Assembly (NCBI GenBank): GCA_905178155.1 | Contig: CAJINV010000004.1 | Location: 752,629 to 816,628, forward strand | Direction: 5' to 3' | Length of the DNA stretch: 64,000 nt | DNA from: Amoebophrya sp. A120 | Taxonomy: Eukaryota; Protista; Dinoflagellata | Shown: positions 58,101 to 64,000 of the stretch, in pieces | How positions within the stretch are numbered: the first letter of the stretch is position 1 | Layout: each line of letters starts with the position of its first letter | The notes under the pieces: model-generated | The model's database searches: none | The model's input: the letters and a program-made list of their open reading frames with translations, nothing else | Told to the model about the DNA's origin: nothing | Translations under genes and position numbers: made by a program

Positions 58101-61100
58101 TTTCTCCCGCCGCATGCGGAGTCTTTCCTCTTTCAAAATCAGTCGCACCTCCTCCTTGCGCTTCGATAGTTTGGAAAACTCGATGGCTTCCCGCGAAGGG
58201 GGTGGTGCCCGGTGCGGCTGGCCAGGTCGTGCGGAGGCTGCTGCTGCTGCAATGCCTCCTGTTGAAGACATCGACGCCGCGGGGTTCGTGGCCGTGGTCA
58301 CCATTTTCGTGTAAAACGTCGAGTTGATCAGGGTGGTCAGACTGCCAAACAGCAGTGGCGCGATCACTTGCTTCAGAAACTCGTTCAGATTTTGCTCCAG
58401 AACCTTGATCTGTGGCAACGACAGCTGGTCTCTGACCGTCCACTTCGGACGGCGGCGCTTTTTGGAAGAATGTTCTATTTTTGCTGATGATGGAGCTTCC
58501 CCTTGACCATGAAGCTTTGCGGACTTTGCTTCTCGCGGTCCAGCGTGCTCCTGTTTCATCTCACCTAGAAGCGCCGGCGCGCGACTCTTACCGTTTAGCT
58601 GCGCTGCGCTGCCTGCGTTTAATTCTGTTTTGTCCGCCCTCGGCTCGTGTTCGCTGTCACTTTCCGCTTCATCCGACTCCGAACTCCCTTCTTCATCGGA
58701 CGTGGTCGCGCTGGCGCCACTTTCATCCGTGGTTTCGTCTTCCTCGCGATCCAACGGGACATCACTACTAGCTTCCTCAAAATCAAACCCAAGTGCCTTG
58801 CAGCAAATGGTTTCGCAAAACTGCCATTGCCGAGACACGATCTCCGCGGGAGAAAGCCGCGCAACCGGATTTATTCTAACATCTCTACCACTGGAGGTCC
58901 TGACGTCCTTCGTTGCTCCACCCACCGATTTTCCAGTATCCTTAGGCGTTGTGAGCAAACTCGGATCTTCAAAAAATTCCATTAGCTTCATCCAATAGTG
59001 CGATTTGAGGCCCAGGAGCGCCCGCCCGTCGATCGTGTTTGGATCTTCGGATGCTGTGGGTGGTGCGCCGACGTCGTCAACCTCCGCGGTTGCGGACGTG
59101 AGCGGCCGCTGCGTGGAGGAAGCTGCAGTGAAACTTGACGTCGGCAGCATCAAAGGTCGGAAGTATTCGACTTTTCGCAACAAAATCCTCTCCAAACGCT
59201 GCTCCTCCCGTTTTTGCCGCCGCAGAATGCGCTCTCGCATGGCCTTAATGCGGTGCATGACGCCGACGAGGAACTTGTCCCGCGTCAAAAAGACCCCCAG
59301 CGACCGCCAGTCCGGCAGGGATTTTTGTCGCGCGATCTGGTACAACCCAAATTCCAGGGTCCAGTTTTTCGCGGCGCCGAAGAATTCCGGGTCCGTATGA
59401 CATGCAAAAGCATCGCACTAGTAGAAATCGCATTACAAATTTCCTCAGCATTTTTACAAATTGAAGCTGTAGTGCTCACGTGCCCTGAGAAAGAAATTTG
59501 TAACGCATGATCATAAATGCAATTACGACGAGTGCGATACTTTTGCACAGGATAGTCCAACTCCATTATCAACTTCGTCGGCAGGTCCTCGTATGGGTTG
59601 TAAAACCGGCTATTTTTGTTCGACGATGCGGTCTTCGCGTTCTTCATTCCACCCCCTTGTTTCGACGAAGCTTCCCTTTTGCTCTTCTGCCTTTCCTCTT
59701 CTTGCAAAGCCAGCAGGTCCGGGTCTGGCGACCAGCTTTTCGCGGTATCCCACTCCTGCGGGATGGTCTCGAACAACTGTAAGATCAACGCTTCGGTGGT
59801 CAATTTCTTGTCCACATAGGCCGAGCCTAAAGTAGTACTAGAGCCTCCTGTCGACGTACCAGTAGAGCCGGCCGCGAGGGGGCCAGCTTGGAGGTGGTCT
59901 CCCGCGGCGGCGGCCCGTCCCCCAGCTGATGAGGTGGAACTCGTGGTGTTTATTTTCACGCTGTTGAACTGGAAATTTTGCCTGCAAACCGGGTGATTTT
60001 CCAATTTGCCCACCAGCGCATCCAGCTCCTTTTCCGAACTGACGTCTTTGTGCTTCAGAATTGCGGACTTCAGATCGTGAAAAGTCAGCACCGGGATGGT
60101 CGAAAACGCCACTTCAAGGGTCGACTCCACGAGGAAAGTATCGCAGGAAATAAAACGTCGGCACTTGAACTTCTACTAGTAACAGACTTTGTTTTTGTGT
60201 TGCACTATTAACGCATGCAGAAATAACCCGTGCTAGCCCTACGCGCTGCTGAAATTTGTACATCTTTGCATAACGATAACATGAGCCTGCGCGCTTATCA
60301 AAACTTCCCATGCAAGCCTGCAATCATCATCTGTGAAAACCATTACTTCTTACGCCATCTATACACGTTTTTGAATGATAGAAGGAGAACCGAAGCAGCA
60401 CTTTGAGCAGCTCCCCCACGCCGGGTTCCTTCAAAATCTGCCCGTTGTATTTCTTGTGGAACCGCCACTTCAACTTGTCTAGCTCGTTTGTGTATGCATT
60501 GCAAAAGTATCGCACTCGTATAAATGCATTTACAAATTTCCTCAGCAAGAGATAATGCAGATTTACCTTAAGAAAAAGATTTGTAACGCATGATTGCAAA
60601 ACGAGTACGATACTCTTGCACAGGATATTGTGAGCACGTCCGGGGTGAGAAAGCCGGTCTTCGTAATTTTTTTCACAATCTGCTCCTGCACGTACTGCTT
60701 CAAAGCGTCGGACTGCAGCTTCATCTGCTTGGTAGCCGCTGGACCCTCCTGTTGCGACTGGTTTGTGCGCTCGTACATGAATTCCGAGCCATACCAAGCT
60801 AAAATCGTCTCCATCTGCAAAGGCTTCGGCTCCAAAGAACTTGCGGAAGAAATACGCTGCCCAGGAGCCGTGCTGGTGATGCCCCCTGTTCCAGTTCCGC
60901 CAGCTGCTCTGTGAGTAGCTAGTATTTGAGCACGTCCTCGGGGGGCTTCTTGCGCTTGCGCGTCAACATCTCTGCTCGCCGTGGGGGCACTGCTCGTTGC
61001 ACGACCATCATTGCGAATTACATCTTCGTCCATGAAGGGCTTCGCTGCGCCGCCGGGGCCTCCATTTCTTGAAGAGGAAGCTGGAGAAGGTTTTGCCACG

Positions 61101-62557
61101 TCAAACGCAGACGGAAGCGGCTGCAGCTGCACCTTTTTTGACGAACCACTGGAGGCTCCTGCACTGGGCATTGGCTTGCCAATTGGTCCACCAGCGCTGT
61201 TCATCGTCGTCGCGTGTGTACTAGCGGACGTCGCAGTCGTTGACCCGCCTGCTGTTGGCATCGATTCGCCCTGTAGCTGGTGCCAGAAGTCGTATTCTGT
61301 GGACCGGTTATTTTCTACATCGGCCTCCAAGGGCCTCGACTTAGAAGTACTGCTTGCAAATTGTGCACCAGTGGTCGTGCCAAGCGTACTAGCAGTTTCG
61401 CCTTTCGTCGTCGAGATTTGACCAGAAGTTGTCCCCACGACAGAAGCATCAACAGGAGGCTCTCCCATCAAAACTGGCATCTCATGCTGCCCATTGAAGA
61501 CACGAACTAGCGCCGGCGCAATCGCTCCTTGTGCAAGCGACGTAGAAGTTCGCGCAGATGCAGAAGTCTGCTCACCTGCACTGCAATTGTGCTGCAAAAG
61601 GTCCACGAGCTCTTCCTCGGTCAAGGCGGTGATTTCGGGCACGAAGAGGTGTGGGCCGATGCTGTCGTAGGTTTCCCCCAGCGTTTTCTCGAAAAAAGAG
61701 CGGATTGGGATGCGGTTTCCGTTCTCATCGTGTACAAACGTCCCCGCCCTGAAGTAGTCCGCGTGCGTGACCGGTCGCACGACTTGAAAGTAAGAAGTAG
61801 TTGAAGGCGCAGGTGCCACCGTTGCGATGTTTTTCTTCTTGTTTTTCTTCGCGCCCGCCGGCTTGTTCTCCAGAAACACGGGGAGGTACCAGCCGTCGTC
61901 GAGAATGAACTGGCGGGTCAACGTTTTCGACGACTCGGTCCCCGCCTCTCGAGGGTCCAGTCCACCAGCAACGTCGTGGTGGTTGTCGAAAATTTCCGCG
62001 TGAATAATGGAGTTCCAGGGCACCAGGGATCCCTCCGGGTCGCGGTCCTCTATATCGGGGCTCAATCGGTACCCAAGACCCTCCGTGTCCTGTCTTCCTG
62101 TGTTCTCGATCAGAAAATAAGTCGCCGCAGGAGCTGCAGTAGAGGAAGATGAACCAAAATTCCTATCCGCCGCGTAACAAATGTCCTGCAGCAGTCCGTT
62201 GTTCGCGGACAGCTGCTCGGGTGACAGCCAGTAGTATGCGTAGCAATTATCGGCTTGTTGTTGTGCGACTACTTGTTGTGCGTTTTGAAGTTCCTGATCT
62301 CCAAAAATGTCGGCACTCGCATTAGCGGACATGTTCCCCGCCTGCTGGTGTCTCGACAAGAACGCATTTTGACGCTTCACACGTACCCATCGCCAGCCGG
62401 CACGGAAGAGGGCGGAGATCTGCGATATTTTGTTGTCGCCCGGGGTAGTTCTACCTGCGCGGTTTCGTGGCTGAGCGCTGGTGCCGGGAGGAGCTGGTTC
62501 ACGCAGCCCAGCAGCGTTCTTGGAAGATGATACGCGTTCGGACGACATCATAGGCAT
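37146..62557 (-). CDS. Giant NO VEIN/sacsin-like protein: GHKL (HATPase) domain + C-terminal DUF3883 (NOV_C) nuclease-like domain; ~18 introns, ~7000 aa
   Basis: LAADLYSGESHFLLELLQNADD (~54075-54140), GFREKDVRALCDIAQSTK...IGHKGVGFKSVF (~53520-53625), FAWLPTRSYGFKFIIQCDWVVATSRE. C-terminal GRIGEQ|QAREF...WVNEEEESRLPFD...FVEVKSS...FEISPLE...YWFCRV. Sixteen joints verified in frame by hand; two (~45580-45750 and ~37455-37820) are unresolved. Confidence 0.82.
38163..38393. mobile_element. TIR introner, family E
   Basis: tatcctgaggaaaaacgtccc / gggaacgtttttactgaggata; perfect TSD CTGCT; splits the GRIGEQ|QAREF motif. Confidence 0.92.
38455..38659. mobile_element. Decayed F-like TIR introner
   Basis: tatccggtgcaaaa...tatcgtagtc / gactacgata...ttacaatgcgta; TSD decayed; removal +5 nt in frame (an inner boundary 38474-38642 is also in frame). 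Confidence 0.68.
40452..40721. mobile_element. TIR introner, family B
   Basis: tatcaaatgcaaaagtgtctgggtctggg / cccagtctcagacatttttacagttgata; flanks GCCCG/TCCCG; joins EEER|AKAEQ. Confidence 0.93.
43109..43390. mobile_element. TIR introner, family E
   Basis: tatcctatgtaaaagcatcccc / gggaacgtttttactcaggata; perfect TSD TCACG; joins FVDR|DSPL. Confidence 0.92.
43451..43886. mobile_element. TIR introner, family D (long form)
   Basis: ~30-bp near-perfect TIR tatccaggaaaaaacacccatccccatcca; flanks ATGAT/ACGAT; joins GFSS|SQQNY. Confidence 0.93.
46260..46588. mobile_element. TIR introner, family A
   Basis: tatcggaaggaaaaatccccctcccca / tggagaggggagaattttctctttgata; flanks GAAGG/AAAGG; joins VTTF|FAHFP. 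Confidence 0.92.
47079..47232. mobile_element. TIR introner, family F
   Basis: tatgctttgcaaaagtatc / gatacttttgcacgggata; perfect TSD TCGAC; joins ANLS|NLSNH. Confidence 0.93.
48093..48204. mobile_element. TIR introner, family D (short form)
   Basis: tatccacagaaaaaaacccatc / gatgggtttttttctgtggata; perfect TSD CGGTT; joins IRKT|AAAS. Confidence 0.94.
48275..48516. mobile_element. TIR introner, family C (inverted relative to 3008 copy)
   Basis: tatggcgctctcaactgttacattctcaactgt / acagttgagaatgtaacatttgagaacgccata; flanks TGGAG/TGGAA; joins QNFH|SYDF. Confidence 0.93.
49051..49361. mobile_element. TIR introner, family A
   Basis: tattgtgaggaaaaatctcccctccccata / tatggggagggggatttttcactttgata; perfect TSD ACACG; joins HVRV|LPLP. 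Confidence 0.94.
50143..50262. mobile_element. TIR introner, family D (inverted relative to 48093 copy)
   Basis: tatccacagaaaaa / tttttctgtggata; flanks GAGAT/GAGGT; joins VLTS|ATKI. Confidence 0.93.
51078..51262 (-). other. Putative non-canonical intron bounded by a 6-bp direct repeat, no TIR
   Basis: atgcaa at 51072-51077 and 51257-51262; deletion between them joins FKLH|TPQL in frame. Confidence 0.5.
51623..51891. mobile_element. TIR introner, family B
   Basis: tatcaaatccaaaactgtctgggtctggaagaatgcaac / gttgcattcttccagacccagaca...catttgata; flanks AAGAC/AAGAA; joins AEFF|ARTP. Confidence 0.93.
59396..59554. mobile_element. TIR introner, family F
   Basis: tatgacatgcaaaagcatcgcact / agtgcgatacttttgcacaggata; flanks GTCCG/GTCCA; joins MELD|PEFF. 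Confidence 0.93.
60139..60380. mobile_element. TIR introner (degenerate; left end resembles the 15358 copy)
   Basis: tatcgcaggaaataaaacgt / acgtttttgaatgata; flanks GAAAG/GAAGG; joins RFSF|LVEST. Confidence 0.85.
60493..60627. mobile_element. TIR introner, family F
   Basis: tatgcattgcaaaagtatcgcactcgt / acgagtacgatactcttgcacaggata; perfect TSD TTGTG; joins DVLT|NELD. Confidence 0.94.
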
Positions 62558-64000
62558 AGCTTTCTCAGTTTTGTGGAAATAGTCAGATTTTCACTCTTTG
62601 TTTTATTGTGCGGGATTTTTTTGGTATTGATTGCAGCTAACGATTATAACATCATAACACGGGTGTTCAGAATCTTCCGTAATAGGGAGGCCGCAAAAAT
62701 AAAGACTTGGGCTACACGTACGCCTAGCTACGTACAAAAATATAGAATGCTCATGGGTTGATGTTGATTTTCATCTCGTCATTTGAACTATCCTACGATA
62801 GTGGACTGGCCACATTCAACATTGGTGAGGTTCCATAAAGCCACGCACTTTGTAGCCATAACGACGGTAAAGGACGAAGGTACAACAACTACGCAAAAAG
62901 TCTAAGCTATACATACTCGGGAAACCAAAAAAATCAAAATGCCCTACATACCACCAGGCTAAAAAAAATATCAATGTACCACCAGAGCCTCCCAGAGCAC
63001 CGGAGCTACTTGATCTTCTGGCATGTAAGTAATTTGAACAATAGACCACCTCGTTCGTTTATCACTTGTAATTATACAAGAGGTGAACACGCTCCACACG
63101 TATCACTTGTAATTATCATCGAAGAAAAGTTCTTACTCTTACTGCTTGGATCGATTCGGAATCGTCTTCCCCATGGACGAAGATCCTTCTTCGGTAGATC
63201 CGAAAGAGCTTCATCTTTCAGGAGCCTCCACCTGAGGCGGCCGTGATCGGATCTTGCACGGGTCTTTTTACAACGGAGCTTGCATGCTGCACGAAGTCAT
63301 CTGACGCGAACCAGATGGAATCAGAGATCTCGTTCGTCCCTCCTAGCGATGTGCTGCCAACGAGAACCCGAGCGAAGAACTCCACCTTTCACACCACAGT
63401 TAAAATTTCATCGTCTGGGCCGTCACAACTGCGCAAGAAGTAGCACGAGAACGATGAAGTTGAAGACTCGGAGCTTCCTGCCAGTAGCATGATCTCCGAC
63501 TAGACGTTGAAGCTCCAACTAGTTGTAATTGTAAAAAAATGTGTTCTCGTTCTCGTTGTAGTTGTACTTCTACTATTTTCTATAATTTCATCTGCTGTTG
63601 ATTAGAAATAGCTCTACTTTGTGGTATACTGCGTCCTCTGGCGTGATACTTATACCAGAACTTGAACTTCAACTTCAACCTCTTCGATAGCGATGATTTG
63701 TCCACCCGCCGTTGACGCACGCCTCTTACTTTGGGCGGCGCCGGATACTATCGTGAGCGGCAAAGAAAAGGAGAGTCGATAGCGATAGATCATCGTCAGT
63801 CATCTGTCTTCTGCTCCTTGCTTCTAAGTACGACATAAGTACTCGCATCCTTCACATTCGGTCGTGGATCGTCAGTGTAGTTCTTCGTGTGCAAGACAAC
63901 TTTTCCTTTCACGAATGACGCGTTTTGATTTTGTAACGCCGCTTCGGCTCGGGCTCCAGGTTTCATCCTTCACTATTTTTTACAACTTCAACTTGTTCCG

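Noticed and set aside
37146-62557. Pseudogene, frameshifting or stop-codon recoding as the cause of ORF fragmentation
   Set aside because: Almost all breaks coincide with discrete TIR/TSD-bounded insertions whose removal restores the frame, and catalytic motifs are intact.
62560-64000. Short ORFs at the right end
   Set aside because: All under 100 aa, with no motifs and no consistent exon chain; treated as upstream or intergenic DNA.
1-64000. rRNA, tRNA, transposase or relic spliced-leader sequences
   Set aside because: None recognised by eye; a covariance-model or HMM search would be needed to exclude them.

Overview
Eukaryotic (protist) genomic DNA, not prokaryotic. Every gene I can support lies on the minus strand. 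Proteins are padded with low-complexity inserts, and the genes are interrupted by non-canonical introns, an architecture typical of the syndinian dinoflagellate parasite Amoebophrya (this taxonomy is inferred). Genes: (1) a multi-exon Gly/Pro-rich unknown gene running off the left edge; (2) poly(A)-specific ribonuclease PARN (10659-17144); (3) a coiled-coil protein (18373-20784); (4) a ~2100-aa low-complexity protein (21654-27953); (5) a DUG3-like class II glutamine amidotransferase fused to WD40 repeats (29129-35881); (6) a ~25 kb, ~7000-aa NO VEIN/sacsin-like GHKL ATPase + DUF3883 gene (37146-62557) that the ORF track shows as about 15 separate ORFs. The dominant feature is 34 hand-mapped MITE-like insertions of 112-476 bp, from at least six repeated families plus singletons. 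Nearly all have terminal inverted repeats beginning TAT and ending ATA, and most have a 5-bp target-site duplication (12 perfect, 11 with one mismatch). For the 33 that border exons, deleting the element plus 5 nt restores the reading frame, so they behave as introns (introners), mostly without GT-AG. Copies of one family occur in both orientations, unrelated families share an internal GCATGACAA motif, and several older copies have acquired GT-AG borders. All coordinates were read by eye, and splice joints are inferred without transcript data.
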